This document shows, in pieces, positions 49,780-63,133 of a stretch of DNA of 64,000 nt (within the stretch, counting starts at the first letter, position 1; the number at the start of each line of letters is the position of its first letter). The stretch lies in NCBI GenBank assembly GCA_030324005.1, contig JARDVH010000073.1:85454379-85518378 (forward strand), given 5' to 3'. Position numbers and translations under genes: made by a program. The DNA comes from Negaprion brevirostris (taxonomy: Eukaryota). The notes under the pieces were generated by a model, which saw only the letters and a program-made list of their open reading frames with translations, was not told the DNA's origin and ran no database searches.

Positions 49780-50300
49780 GGGGGAGAGAGAGATTGGATT
49801 GAACACAAACTCGCCTGGGGGACCTGATCAAACTACAATAGCCACCGCCCCCCATCACAGACACACACACAGATCCACACACTGAGCCAGCCAGACAGAT
49901 AAAAACATTGCCTGCAAAAATAACAAGGAGCAGATACATGTTGAGTGTTAGATATCTGCAAAGAGCCCACCACACAGCCACACACACACACACACACTGA
50001 ACAAGGAACTGATGGCGATGGGAGATTGAGCCAGAGAGAGAGAGACAGAGGCATTTCACATTTTTAATACATTTTGGATAGAAATTGACTCTGAAATATC
50101 CCGGCAAGCCGCTCAGAGGCGAGGGGAGGGGAGTTTTATTTGCTCGATCCAGGGCTGCCTGGGTCACCTCCACCTTAATCAGAATTGGCTAGCGCATTTT
50201 ACCAAACCGCATTGGCGCAGACTTACCCACTGTAGCTGGTCCGGATCCCTCCGTCTCTGTCTGTCTGTCTCCCAATGAGAGGCGGAGTCACATCCCAGAG
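49780..50300 (-). promoter_or_regulatory. Putative promoter / non-coding first exon within FAH intron 8
   Basis: Locally CpG-retaining; CCAAT boxes at 49793, 50184, 50211 (minus) and 50272 (plus); GGGGAGGG box; consensus donor cagtgg|gtaagt after 50227; acceptor tccttgttatttttgcag| at 49911. Confidence 0.45.
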
Positions 50301-50309
50301 CTGGATAAA

Positions 50310-50709
50310 TACAGCCTGTTTCCCAGCTCTCTCACTCCACACATCCTGTATCCCAGCTCTGTCACTCCACCCAGCCTCTTATCCCAGCTCTCTCACTCCA
50401 CACAGCCAGTTTCCCACCTCTATCCCTTCACACAGCCTGTAACCCAGCTCTGTCACTCCACACAGCCTGTATCCCAGCTCCGTCACTCCACACAGCCTGT
50501 TTCCCAGCTCCGTCACTCCACACAGCCTGTATCCCAGCTCTGTCACTCTATACAGCCTCTATCCCAGCTCTGTCACTCCACACAGCCTGTATCCCAGCTC
50601 TGTCACTCCACACAGCCTGTTTCCCAGCTCCATCGCTCCACACAGCCAGTTTCCCAGCTCTCTCACTTCACACAGCCTGTAACCCAGCTCTGTCACGCCA
50701 CACAGCCTG
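50310..50709. repeat. 30-bp minisatellite (cacagcctgtatcccagctctgtcactcca)n, at least 13 copies, running into a gap
   Basis: Directly visible 30-nt period. Confidence 0.95.
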
Positions 50710-50819
50710 NNNNNNNNNNNNNNNNNNNNNNNNNNNNNNNNNNNNNNNNNNNNNNNNNNNNNNNNNNNNNNNNNNNNNNNNNNNNNNNNNNNNNNNNNNN
50801 NNNNNNNNNAGTGAATACT

Positions 50820-51195
50820 TGCAATCCAGTTGATTTATTGTTGTCACATGTATTACAATGAAAAGTATTGTTTCTTTTGTACTATACAGACAAAGCATAC
50901 AGTTCATAGAGAAGGAAATGAGAGAGTGCAGAATGTAATGTTACAGTCATAGCTAGGGTGTAGAAAAAGATCAACTTAATACAAGTCCATTCAAGTGCCT
51001 GATGGCAGCAGGGAAGAAGCTATTCTTGAACTGGTTGATACGTGACCTCAGACTTCTGTAATTTTTCATGACAGAAGAAGGTGGAAGAGAGAATGTCTAG
51101 GGTGCGTGGGGTCCTTAATTATGCTGGCTGCTTTGCTGAGACAGCGGGAAGTGTAGACAGAGTCAATGGATGGAAGGCTGGTTTGCGTGACGGCA
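50820..51195 (-). mobile_element. Rex1/Babar 3' end
   Basis: Reverse complement of 405-715 and tail (gcagccagcataattaaggaccccacgcaccc). Confidence 0.85.
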
Positions 51196-52679
51196 AATAC
51201 CAGAACGGCTTTCAACTAGTTCATTAAAGGAAACAGCAGACAGACCAATTAGTTCAGTTTCTTTGAATGCCTCTGCAAATATTTGAAACACAAGATGGAA
51301 CAACACTTTCCAGAAAAGGATGCCTGATCCCCTCCCAGTAAATCCCCCTCAGAATTATGTTAGTGTTGTACCATGAAGCTGTGTTTTGCCTCTAGGTTTC
51401 TCTCACTTGAGAGCGACTGATAGTAATAGCTGCTAACCCAACACTTGCTGATTGTCTGCTATTAAACAAAAGGTTTCATACTTTAAGGGGGCTTTCATTA
51501 TCGATCTGAATATTGGGATACCTCAGTGTTGAATCCTGAGCTCTCCTAGTCTACAATGAGGAGAAACTGGAGAATTATTGGGATTGTTTGTAGCAGGAGC
51601 AGATTAAAAATCTCTCCAAAGGGAGGTTCCTGATGAATACAATTTGGTGTTGCTTCAACTGCTTAACCTTCTGAGGAAAAGCAACACACAAATACCCCCG
51701 ATCCCTGTAGGAAACTGAACAAATCTCCAAAAGAGTTCTCCAACCCTGGATCACCATTCAACCCAGACCGTGCATTTAAAACACTATCCCCTCTCTTTTT
51801 GCGACGAGTCTATTTTTTCTTCCCTTTGTACCGCTGGAGGTTTGTTTATATTAAACTCATACCTATTCTTCCTACACATTTAAGCAATTTTCAACCCCCT
51901 GAATGTACAGGCTGCCTTTTTCAAAAGTATCTAATTGTAAATAGAATCTCCACAACTGCAGCACTTGCTGGTTCTGTAAACAGCTATAGGGAGCTGTCAG
52001 AGACTGAAAAATATTCCATGGAAGATAGTGAGCAGTGGTGAGGTGTTTGGAATAGTAGACCGGGTGCTGTGATGTTACGCCTCAGTGATACCAGCCTTCC
52101 TAGACTTCATAAATGGTGTCTCCAACTGGGAGGACAACCACTAGCATGAACAGGTTTTTTAATATTGGAAAAGCAAATAATGAAATAACAATATGGGGTC
52201 CTGTGTTTAATAAGAAACTCAAATGAAGCCACAGCATCTCATTCATCATTCAGTTAGTATCCAATGAACATATCCTCAGTTTATGAAATACTCATTTAGT
52301 TTTTGCACGTTGCTTACTCTACAATGCCTCCAAATACATTTCTCATTAACTACAATTGTTGGCCCACATTTATAAAGCTAAAGGTACACTACTTTATCTT
52401 TCACAATTGCAAATGTTCAAAGCCATAAAAGAAACTGTCAAATATAACTTGCTGATAATGTGCTTCAGAAATAGTTTTTAATGGACCTGGACCTGCATGT
52501 TTGCTTTGATGTTGCAATGTCAAAATCACTATTAAATAAAGTCACCAGAGAGATGATAAATGTCTCTGCCTTGACAACAGTACATCGCATTTTGATACAG
52601 GTATATAGCTTTTATACTGAAAACAAAAAGTGCACAACTGTGGAAAATTAACAGTTCATGCATAATCTATTTAGTTTCT

Positions 52680-53090
52680 TAGAATCTCTACAGTGCAGAA
52701 GGAGGCCATTCACCCATTGAGTATGCACCGACCACAATCCCACCCTGGACCTATTCCCATTACCCCACATATTTACCCTCTAATCCCGTGACACTAACGG
52801 ACAATTTAGCATGGCAAATCAACCTAACCTGCACATCTTTGTACTGTGAGCAGCAGTGCTAACCATTGTTCCACCATGCCGACCCAGTTTATGCATAATA
52901 ATAATGTATAACAGTTTATGTATAATAATCATCTGAAAGACATAAACTGGTTAGGTGCATTGGCCATGCTAAATTCTCTCTCGGGATACCCGAACATGCA
53001 TCGGAGTCTTGACGACGAGGAGGTTTTCACAGTAACTTCATTGCCATGTTGAAGTAAGTCTACTTGTGACACTAGTAAATAAACTTTAAA
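52680..53090. mobile_element. HE1 (minus, 52680-52885, internally deleted) and alternative-tail HE1 3' half (plus, 52945-53090)
   Basis: Recognisable heads and tails. Confidence 0.75.
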
Positions 53091-53334
53091 TTCTAATCTG
53101 TTTTGTACTTTCCAAAGTGTTCAGACTCCTGACTAATTAACTGTGGTTAAATTGTAAACAAGTTGTTCAGTGAAGAAGCACAAGGAATAATTCAGGGAAG
53201 ATAGACAAGGTATGTTTTTGTGACGACGCACATCTCAAATACAGGACGTTTTTAATCTTGCTGAACAGAACAGCATGCTTTCAAGTTTCAGATGGGCCGT
53301 TCATGTTAGCTCCAAGCCCTAAGAGTTAGCCTCA

Positions 53335-54085
53335 AGCTAATCCTTGGTCTGCTACAAAGCTCCACTGAAGTCCAGTGCAAGTTGGAGGAGCAGTACCTCA
53401 TCTTCCGATGGGGCATGTTATAGCCCTCAGGACTCAACATTGAATCCAGCAATTTTAGGCTGTGATCTTTCTTCTCCACTTTGAATCCCTTATTTTATAT
53501 CCCGTACGTTTTTGCCTCAATGCAAAAACGCTCCTTCTCCCTCCGGCCCCTCAGAATCATAGAATCTTACAGTGCAGAAGGAGGCCATTCGGTCCAGCAA
53601 ACCTGCACCAATCAACAATTCCAGCCAGACCCTATTCCCGTAACTCCACACATTTATGCTACTAGTCTCCCGACACTAAGGGGGAATTTAGCACGCCCAA
53701 TCAGCCTAACTCGCACATCTTTGGAGTGTAGGAGGAAAGTAGAGCACCCAGAAGAAACCCATACAAACACAGGGAGAGTGTGCAAACTCCACACAGACAG
53801 TGACCCGAGGCCGGCATTGAACCCAGGAGCCTGGCACTGTGAGGCAACAGTGCTAGTCACTGTGCCACCGTGCTGCCCACCTGGTCTTCCATCTTATTAA
53901 GTTTGCTACACTTTTGTTGCAATCTTTATCTAACAGAAATCTAACAGATTTCTCCCCTCTCTGAGTTCTGAAGAAGAGCCAAACGAAATGTCAGCTCTAT
54001 TTTCTCTCCCACCAGAGGCTGCCAGACCTGCTGAGTTTATGCAGCATTTTGTTTGTTTCATATCCCAGCATCCACAGTATGTTGC
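53335..54085 (+). mobile_element. Penelope-like element 3' end, interrupted by HE1
   Basis: LGLLQSSTEVQCKLEEQYLIFRWGML*PSGLNIESSNF (GIY-YIG C-terminus), then terminus ttctgaagaagagccaaacgaaa..gccagacctgctgag. Confidence 0.75.
53553..53878 (-). mobile_element. HE1/V-SINE
   Basis: Full length. Confidence 0.9.
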
Positions 54086-54288
54086 AAATTAGGGAGGTGT
54101 TTATTACAATTCTAGTCATTTCTGACTGAACAAAGTAAAAGACAACCCCTAACTGTCTATACATAGTGTATTGGACGAGATGTGCCTCCAGTGAACCAGC
54201 TACCCTTTTCACACTGGACTCCACTGGAAATAATACAGGCTATTGAAATATTCTTGATCTTACTTATTAATAGAAAAAAACGATATAT

Positions 54289-54610
54289 GAGCAGCACGGT
54301 GGCACAATGGTTAGCACTGCTGCCTCACAGCGCCAGAGACCTGGGTTTGATTCCCAGCTTGGGTCACTTTCTGTGTGGAGTTTGCACGTTCTCCCCGTGT
54401 CTGTGAGGGTTTCTTCTGGGTGCTCCGGTTTTCTTCCACAGTCTGAAAATGTGCGGGTTAGGTTGATCGGCAATGCTAAATTGCCCTTTAGTGTTGGGGG
54501 ATTAGAAGGGTAAATACATGAGGTTGCGAGGATAGGGCCTAGGTGGGATTGTTATTGGTGCATTCTTGATAGGCCAAATGGCTTCCTTCTGCAATAGGGG
54601 TCCGATGATT
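54289..54610 (+). mobile_element. HE1/V-SINE
   Basis: Full length. Confidence 0.9.
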
Positions 54611-55591
54611 CAGGCTGAACTCGATGATTGCAAAAATAAACACAGTAACCAGCTAGGTTGGCAGCTAATGATAGAAATATCTAACTCTCTAGGATACACT
54701 GGCCATTTTCTGAAACTGAAATAACCTGCCACCATCGGTTCCCACCTACAAGTTATTGAATTGGAATCGTTTAATCATTTTCCTATACATACAACAAAAC
54801 TTGGCCTTCATTGGATTCAGTCTCATCGTGATGATCTGAAGATGCAGTTGACCTGAACTAAATGACAAGGAGCAAATTCATGGCCTTCTGCCAAAAGAAG
54901 CCTTTCATCCCACATGTCACAGGTACTAACAGTGAGACAATTGTTTTCTTCACAGATACCCTCAAAACGGCACCCATTACAGATAACAGCTCTGTCTATT
55001 TGTCATGGCGGCAAACTACACATTTTGACAAATTAATTGACCCAAATTTGTCCTGACAGCAGCCACTCAGCAAGTAATTAATACAATCAGAAATGGCCAT
55101 CGCCTAACTTCAGTCAGTCTTTTTTTGCTTCAACCCAGACAAAGGATTCGGAAATCTTGTTCAGAAAGCAACAAACTGGAACGAGTGCTGCTTCCTGTTG
55201 GCATCCAATACATTTGATCAGAGCTTTGTATTTGCTCTACCTATGGCCTCTTATCCCCAGAAAATGAAAAACAAACTTGATAAAGGAGTCTCCAGGACTT
55301 CCATTTTAAAAATCTTCATGCTGCGGCCTCATTCTAATTCAAATGAAAAGCAGGAGCAGAAATTTTCGATCTAGTACAGGATAAAACCCCAATTTTGTCA
55401 TATCTTCAACCTTTTCCAGATCCTGTATCATCTAAAACGTTCTGTGTACATTTATTGAAAGACATATAATGTGGCGAGACATAGAACAACCAAACATGTT
55501 GCGAACTGGGACTCAGCACCTCCTGAGGCCATTTCCGATCTGTGTCTGGCAGCAGTGGGCCTAATCACTTCTCACACTCCCTTCCCTCAGA

Positions 55592-55935
55592 CGGCACAGT
55601 GGCACAATGGCAAGCATTGCTGCCTCACAGCTCCAGGGTCCTGGGATCAATTCCCAACTTGGAAGACTGTCTTGTGAAGTTTGCACATTCTCCCCGTGTC
55701 TGTGTGGGTTTCCTCCAGGTGCTCCGATTTCCTTCCACAGTCCAAAGATGTGTGGATTAGGTGGATTGACTATTCTAAATTGCCCCTTAGTGTCCCGGGA
55801 TGCGTAGATTAGAGGGGTTAGTGGGGTAAATACATGGGATTATGGGGGTAGGGCCTAGGTGGGATTGTTGTCAGTGCAGACACAATAGGCTGAATGGCTT
55901 CATTCAGCACTGTTGGGATTCTATGATTTCTATGA
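55592..55935 (+). mobile_element. HE1/V-SINE
   Basis: Full length, ctatgatttctatga tail. Confidence 0.9.
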
Positions 55936-56339
55936 TAACTCGGTCTGACAGGCAAGCAGGAAATTTCCTGTCTCATGCTACCCTCCTGTGAAAATCTGGT
56001 TCCTTATAAGTGGAAATCCAGCTCATTAACTCTCCAATCAATGCAAATTGGTTATATATTGAATAATTTTTAATATTATTAATTTAAAAAATTGGTTTAT
56101 TTGCTGCACCAATTTTGAAGTAACAATCCAGGTTTAACTTACCCATCACAACTAATATATATTTCAAGGAGGTCTCCCTTCACAAAGGTTATCAAGATTT
56201 TAATCTACTCGCATTTTTCTTTGTGAATCATCCCCTTTCAAGTAGGTTTAGTAACATTGCTCTTACCTAACCTAAGGATAGTTCTTTGTAGTAGTGAAAT
56301 AGACAAAACACAATAGGACAATTTTCCATGCTTGATCGA

Positions 56340-56780
56340 CACATAAGAACATAAGAACATAAGAAATAGGAGCAAGAGTAGGCCATCCAGCCCTTCAAGC
56401 CTGCCCCGCCATTCAATAAGATCATGTCGTGGCTCAGTTCCACACTCCCGCCCTCTCCCCATAACCCTTAATCCCCTCGCCTATCAAAAACCTATCAACC
56501 CNNNNNNNNNNNNNNNNNNNNNNNNNNNNNNNNNNNNNNNNNNNNNNNNNNNNNNNNNNNNNNNNNNNNNNNNNNNNNNNNNNNNNNNNNNNNNNNNNNN
56601 NCCAATCAACCTAACTTTCACATCTTTGGACTGTGGGAGAAAACCGGAGCACCCAGAGGCAATCCACGCAGACACGGGGAGAACGTGAAAACTCCACACA
56701 GTCAGGGGTCGGAGGCCGGAATTTACGCTGGGTCCCTGGCACTGTGAGGCAGCAGTGCTAACCACTGCACCACTGTGCCA
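56340..56780 (-). mobile_element. CR1 3' end (56340-56500) and HE1 5' half (56602-56780), separated by a gap
   Basis: (cataagaa)n tail; HE1 head and V-domain. Confidence 0.82.
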
Positions 56781-56794
56781 TCATACTCGCATTA

Positions 56795-57545
56795 AGGCTG
56801 GAAGTTCTCGCAAAAGGGCCATAACAGGATTTGCACTGGGGAGATCTCAGACTGCGATCTTCCTCAGCACCCACCAGCGACACCATCCAGCTTATGCCAA
56901 GTGAGGGCATGAATCTGATTACCATTCATTTAAATATATTTAAATATTCAAAAGTGGCTTAACACTGTATCTTCCAGGAACGTCACATGCACTGGCAGGA
57001 ACCACTAGACAGATATGACGACCACACCGGGGACTTGGAAGCTAGTATAGCACCTGGGTGGTCAGGGATATGGCAGGAGTTCCCTGGCACTGCCTCTTGA
57101 TGGGTTGGCACTGCCAGGTTGGCACTGCCATGGGGCAGGGCCTACAAGGGGCAGGGCCTGTAGGTGACCACAAAGCAGCGGTTTGTTTGACGTGAGGGGA
57201 GCAATTGGTGCAGGGGGAATGGGGGAGCATCAACGCGGCAAGGACACTATTCTAGCGATGATGGTGGGAATGGGAAGGAGACTTTTAACATGGTTNNNNN
57301 NNNNNNNNNNNNNNNNNNNNNNNNNNNNNNNNNNNNNNNNNNNNNNNNNNNNNNNNNNNNNNNNNNNNNNNNNNNNNNNNNNNNNNNNNNNNNNNAGGAG
57401 ACTTTTAACATGGTTGAGATTGGAGTGCCAATTTCTGTGGAGCCAGCTTTCCCCATGCCTTTAAGCCCTGCCCCTCACAATGACAGTGCAAAGCACTGCT
57501 TTAAAATGGCAAAGTGTGGGAGGATCTGGACAGAAAACCTGCCCA
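56795..57545. mobile_element. Harbinger-derived non-autonomous element
   Basis: ggctggaagttctc start, ggcactgcc motifs as at 12950 and 28920, gaaaacctgccc end. Confidence 0.5.
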
Positions 57546-57954
57546 TCTCTCTGACAGAAACATGCTGCTTTTCAGTCTGAATCTGACACTTTGCCATTTG
57601 TTGGGAAAATTCAGTCTAATACCCAAGCATGGCCTAAACAGTGTGTGGAAAAGATGTGAAACAAAGTTTGCAGTCACATATCCAACCATTTCTCACTTAT
57701 GTTTATTTTATTGAGTTATCTGGACCTTGTGGCCAATGACTTGGTGATTCCAAATTCATAAATCCATGCCTGACTGCCTTGCATTTTTATTCAATGTCTT
57801 CAATGTAGGCCCTACTTGTGTAACATTACCAATATAGTGTTACAATTGCTGGAGTCTTAAAAGCATTTTCATTGTATAAGTTGTATTTTTCCTCTCCCTC
57901 CAACAGTGGTGAGTTAAGTGCTTTTGAGTTCTCTATTTCCCTAAATGTATTTAT

Positions 57955-58248
57955 ATTTATTTATTTGTTACAAGTAAGCTTACATTAACACTGCAATGAA
58001 ATTACTGTGAAAATCCCCCAGTTGCCACACTCCAGCACCTTTTTGGATACACTGAGGGAAAATTTAGCATGGCCAATGTACCGAACCAGCACGTCCTTTG
58101 AATTGTGGGAAGAAACCAGGAGCACTGGAGGAAACCCATGCAGAACGGGGAGAATGTGCAGACTCTGCACAGATAGTGACCCAAGCCGGGAATTGAACCC
58201 GGGTCCCTGGCGCTATGAGGCAGCGGTGCTAACCACTGTGCCGCCGTG
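57955..58248 (-). mobile_element. HE1/V-SINE, alternative-tail subfamily
   Basis: As at 7170. Confidence 0.87.
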
Positions 58249-58584
58249 TCATCAATCTCCATCAACAATGCTCCACTGGCACAACCATGTTCAGAGGGGT
58301 GGGTTAAGGGGCATATGTTCCACCATTTCCTATTTGCGCATGATTAATTTTTCCTCTCTCTTCAAGGCTTTGAACTGCTTTTGCGTCTCCCTCTACCTCA
58401 AAAACTGTTGTTCCATTAGCAAACAGAAAATAAACTTTGCTAATTGTACTAGTATGTCCTTCATCCTTCCCAGCTCCTGCTTCCCTCACTTGCTCATGGC
58501 CAAGGAAATCTGAACTCTGCACTGCAGCAACTTAACAAATCTAAGTGATGAGACCTGTTCTTGTCAAATGAAAGTTGAAACTAT

Positions 58585-58720
58585 GGGCGAGATTCTCCAG
58601 CCATTCATGCCAGTTGGATTCTCTGGTCCTGCCACAGTGAATGGAGATTTAGCTGAGTGTCAAATTCTCTGTCCTCGCTGACAGCAGTGTTGGGACATGA
58701 ACGGCTGGAGAATTTCGGCC
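58585..58720. mobile_element. Harbinger-type MITE with ~27-bp TIRs
   Basis: gggcgagattctccagccattcatgcc / ggacatgaacggctggagaatttcggcc. Confidence 0.82.
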
Positions 58721-59476
58721 AATGTTTCTCAACTGTCCACATATTCAAATTTCTACCAAAATTACCAGCTTAGCTTTACATCAATGAGCATTGCAAATGT
58801 ACTGAAACAAGTCTACAATTACCTCCATTGAGGATAATTTCAAGAGTCTTTACATACTAGATGTGACATATTGGATGGATAATTTTTCTGCAAATACATC
58901 CTCTCATGCTCTTAAGTTGCTTAAAGTTACACACGTCTCGTGTAGAGTAGTCAGAAATGTACAGCATCAGTAAAAACAGGAGCACCTTGACAACTGAAAA
59001 ACTACACATTATCTAGTGGTGAGCAAAATCTAATTTCGAAGACAAACAACAGCAGCAAGTGACAGGTAATGGCTCTGTGTGATAAAAACCATTACAAAAC
59101 AGAGCCCCAACAAGATTACAGGGGAAATTACTCTAAGAAATGCAACATAACGAATGTTGTAAAGATATATGGTTTGTACTACTTGTTATGCATGGGAGAC
59201 ATATGCAAGTATGTGATCATTGCAATGCTGGCAGTGGACTAAGTCATAAACAGAGACCATGTTATTTTGGAGTAACATGCAAGAAGAAGAGACCCAAGGC
59301 CAAGGCAATGTTACCTCATCCATCCTTTCAGATTTAAAAGTTGAACTAATGAATATTCCTATCTTAACTTAAGCAGAAGTAAACCAAACACGGACAATAA
59401 AAGATTATTCAGAACATCAGATGATCCTCTCATATATAGTCTATCATATCAATTTGCCAAGATAAAATTGACATTC

Positions 59477-59740
59477 TGGAGAGTTCTCTGACTGTTCACA
59501 CCAGTGGGATTCTTCAGTTCTGCCAGCAGCACAACCTCCAGCCTCGGGTTTCCCGCCAGCGTGGAGTGACATTAATGGGAATTCCCATTGAAAGAGGTGG
59601 GACCAGAGAATCCCACTGCTAGCAGACAATGTGCCATATCCCGCCAGTGGGAACCACGTGGCTGGAGGCTGGAGAATCTCACCCACTATCCCGCCAGTGG
59701 GAACCACGTGGCTCGAGGCTGGAGAATCTCACCCACTATT
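59477..59740. mobile_element. Harbinger-type MITE with tandemly duplicated 50-bp right end
   Basis: tatcccgccagtgggaaccacgtggct(g/c)gaggctggagaatctcacccac occurs twice (59637-59686, 59687-59736). Confidence 0.75.
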
Positions 59741-61255
59741 CTTCTTTGAACCCAGTGTGAAATTGCAAAATATCTACCTATTTGCAGTCCTCTGCTGACA
59801 TTGCCAATTCTGGTTTCTCTCTAAAGATAAATATTCCCTTGGAAATAGCTATGCAGGAACCATCACGTTGAATGGAATGTTTGTCAACTATGCAATCCCG
59901 TTCCTAATTATTTTATAAAATAGTTTTGTTTTTTTGGACGGTTTAACCGTTTTTGCAGTAGTTTGCTCCACACATCTGCTAACTCTTTCTCGGGGGATGC
60001 ATCTTTTATCTTCAGGATTGCTTGGAGCATGTTCATGCTATCATTCACTCTAAAAGCCTGCATTGTCTGTACAATCAATGGCTGTCAGCATTTGAAAGAC
60101 CCGAATTGCGTTCCTGCACAGAAAATAAATTGAGCTTTGTTACTTCTGTTTGTAATGACTCATTGGTCCTAGAAACATCCCTGTCAGTATTCACTGAGGC
60201 CTCTCCTACAAGCAGCTGCCCTCATGAATTTGAGGGACTCAAAGCAGTAGATAAAGGTATGTAATTTGGGAGACAAATGCAAAGAGGCTAATAAAGGTGG
60301 AGACAAGTAACTCACCTTTCAGTCAGTCAGAGGCACACTGGGAGAAAAATCAATTCTGAATTGGGGTAAACAGTGTATACCATTTTAAAAGGTTCCCTCC
60401 ACCCCCCACAACCATGAGGTCAAATTAAATATTAAAAAATGGAACCAGTTCAGGAACTGTGGTGTGCAGCAGGGAATTATATCAGTTGGACACCAATTCA
60501 TGTTCTAAACACTTGAAGTATTTACAGGAAAAAACAGGGCAAAAAAAAGTGACATTTTGCTTCATAAGAAGGGGAGGCCTGCCCCAATGAGGCCTTGAAT
60601 ATACTTGATTCAGAAGAGCTGTTAGATTATATTAACATCTGCCCAATCACAAACTAGCTACATATTGTACAAAGTACTGGTATATTAGATGTAATTTACT
60701 TCAGGGAAATAAATTCAACTCAAGAGAGATGTTTGGATTTTCTCTGCCTTTAATATCACTCAGTTGTTCACAGATCACACGAGTAAACATGCATCTGAAA
60801 TCATTACACAATTTGATTGAGTTCACATTCAGTGACAAGTGAATAGTTTCCTCGCCGTCCCAGAAGATTGAAGTATTCAATTGAACAGAAAGGTCTTTGC
60901 TATGCAGAGCAGTGCAAACACACCCCAAGAATTTAAAGCTACAGCTCTTGTGCCATTAAATGATAGAATGGAAATAGCCTATGCAAAACTCTAATTATAG
61001 CCAGTAGCTAACAGGCCAGAGCTCCAGTCCTGCTCAATTTAATCATTAAAACACACTGGTCATACTGCAGGCAAGATTACAATCATTTGCAATTTTCAGT
61101 TATTTCTTATTTCACCCATTCTCATATTAGATTGGTGCAGATATTGAAAGCATGAAGAGATAACAACACTGTGAATTTTTCTTTTGCGAAACATGCTTTT
61201 CTAAAAATAAGCCAATTACCACTTTTATGTTTGACACGGGTACAATATACTTGCC

Positions 61256-61391
61256 GGGCCTAATTTTCCCACTCCACCCTCCACGAGAATCGCAGCGGAC
61301 GGGACAGAAAATTTGACTGACCATGCTAAGGTCCGTTGATCTGAGACGCAATTTCCAGTCTTGGGGCGAGAGTGGCTGGAAAATCCTGCCC
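61256..61391. mobile_element. Harbinger-type MITE
   Basis: gggcctaattttcc / ggaaaatcctgccc; internal sequence homologous to 11890 and 2417. Confidence 0.78.
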
Positions 61392-61499
61392 ACTGAATAT
61401 TTTGTAAAAAAAAGTTGTGGTAGCATTTTCTGAATTGCCTGATATGCACCTTGCACAATGATAATCTCTGCTTCTGCCATGTAGGCAAACTTAGGGCTG

Positions 61500-63110
61500 T
61501 AGGATTTGGGAGCAGAAGTAGGACGTTCGGCCATTCAAACCTGCTCTGACCCAATTAGATCATGGCTGACCTGGTTGTGATCTCAATTCCATTTACCTGT
61601 CTGCCTCCCCATGTCCCTTGACCCCAGTGTCTTTCAAAAATCAATCTTTCAATCACCGACCTCTGCTGCTTTCTGGGGAAGAGATTTTCACAGACATGTG
61701 ACCCTCAGAGAAAAGAGAATGGGGCAGCACGATGGCACAGTGGTTAGCACTGCTGCCTCACAGCTCCAGGAACCTGGGTTCAATTCCAGCCTTGGGTCAC
61801 TGTGTGGAGTTTGCACATTCTCCGGTCGGTTTCCTCCAGGTGCTCTGGTTTCTTCCCACGGTCCAAAGATGTGCAGGTTAGGTGGATTGGCCATGCTAAA
61901 TTGCCTCTCACCGTCAGGAGAATTAAAAGGGTAAATATATGGGATTGGGGGGATATGGCCTGGGTGCGATGGTTGTCAGTGCAGGCTCAATGGGCCCTAT
62001 GGCCTCCTTCTGCACTATAGGGATTCTATGAAAATATTCTCCTCATCTCTATCTTCAAAGGGTGACCCCTTGTTCTTAAACTATGTCCACTAGTTCCAGT
62101 CTCCTTCACAAGAGATTCTTCACATTGTCCTGGTATCCATCCTATCAAATCCCATCAGGATCTTATATGTTACAATAACATCACAGCTCATTTTTCTAAA
62201 CTCCAATGGGTATAAGATCAACCTACTCAACCTTTCTTCAGAAGCTGAGCCCTTGGTCCCAGGAATAAATCAAGTGAACACTCAGTGAACTTCCTTAAAC
62301 TGTAATTTTATCATTTTTGTTTCAAACAACGAGTCCACAGTCGTCCAGATTTGGTCATACCAAGGTCCAATACAACTGCAGCAGAACCTCCCTACTTTTA
62401 TATTCCATTCCCCTTTCTCAATAAACACTAATTTTCCATCTGCCTTCCTAATCACTTGCTTATGAACCTTTTGTGATTCATGTATCTGGACCCGCAGATC
62501 CCTCTGTGCCACCAAGTACTGCAAGCTCTCTCAATATACTGCTTTTCTACCTGCCAAAATTGACAAGTTCACATTTTCCCACATTGTATCCCATCTGCCA
62601 ATTTTTGCCCACTCATTTTACCTGTCTGTATCACCTTGCAGAGTCTGTGCATCCTCTTGACAATTAACTTTCCTACCCAGCTTGGTGTCCCATCATCCAC
62701 GTCATTAGTACAGACTGTAAATAACTGAGGCACTGATCCCTCAGCACCCCACTAATTATCATCTGTCAAACCTGAAAAAGACTCATTTATCCTAACTCTC
62801 TGCTTCCTGTTACTTAACCAATCCCTTATCCGTGCTGATATGTTATTCTCTACACCTGTGCTCTTATCGTGTGCAGTAACATTTGTTGTGGCACCTTATC
62901 AAACACCTATTGGAAATCCAAGTACAGGTTCTTTCTCTGCTTGACACTACTTCAAAAGACTTTAATAAATTAGCTAAACATGATCTCCCTTTCAAAAACC
63001 AAAACTGGCTATGCTTGATCATAATATGATTTTCCAAGTATCCTGCCAAAGATTCCTTTAATCATGGATTCTAGTAATTTCCCCATGACAAACATTAGGT
63101 TAACTGGCAG
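61500..63110 (-). mobile_element. CR1 LINE (RT to 3' end) with HE1 inserted at 61721-62030
   Basis: HSQFWFLKGRSCLANLLKSFE, QRDLRVQIHESQK; 3' tail at 61500. Confidence 0.85.
61721..62030 (+). mobile_element. HE1/V-SINE
   Basis: Full length. Confidence 0.9.
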
Positions 63111-63133
63111 ATGAAGGGTGAAGTAACAGAATT

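Noticed and set aside
50310-50709. CRISPR-like array
   Set aside because: Head-to-tail repeats without unique spacers, in a vertebrate genome: a minisatellite.
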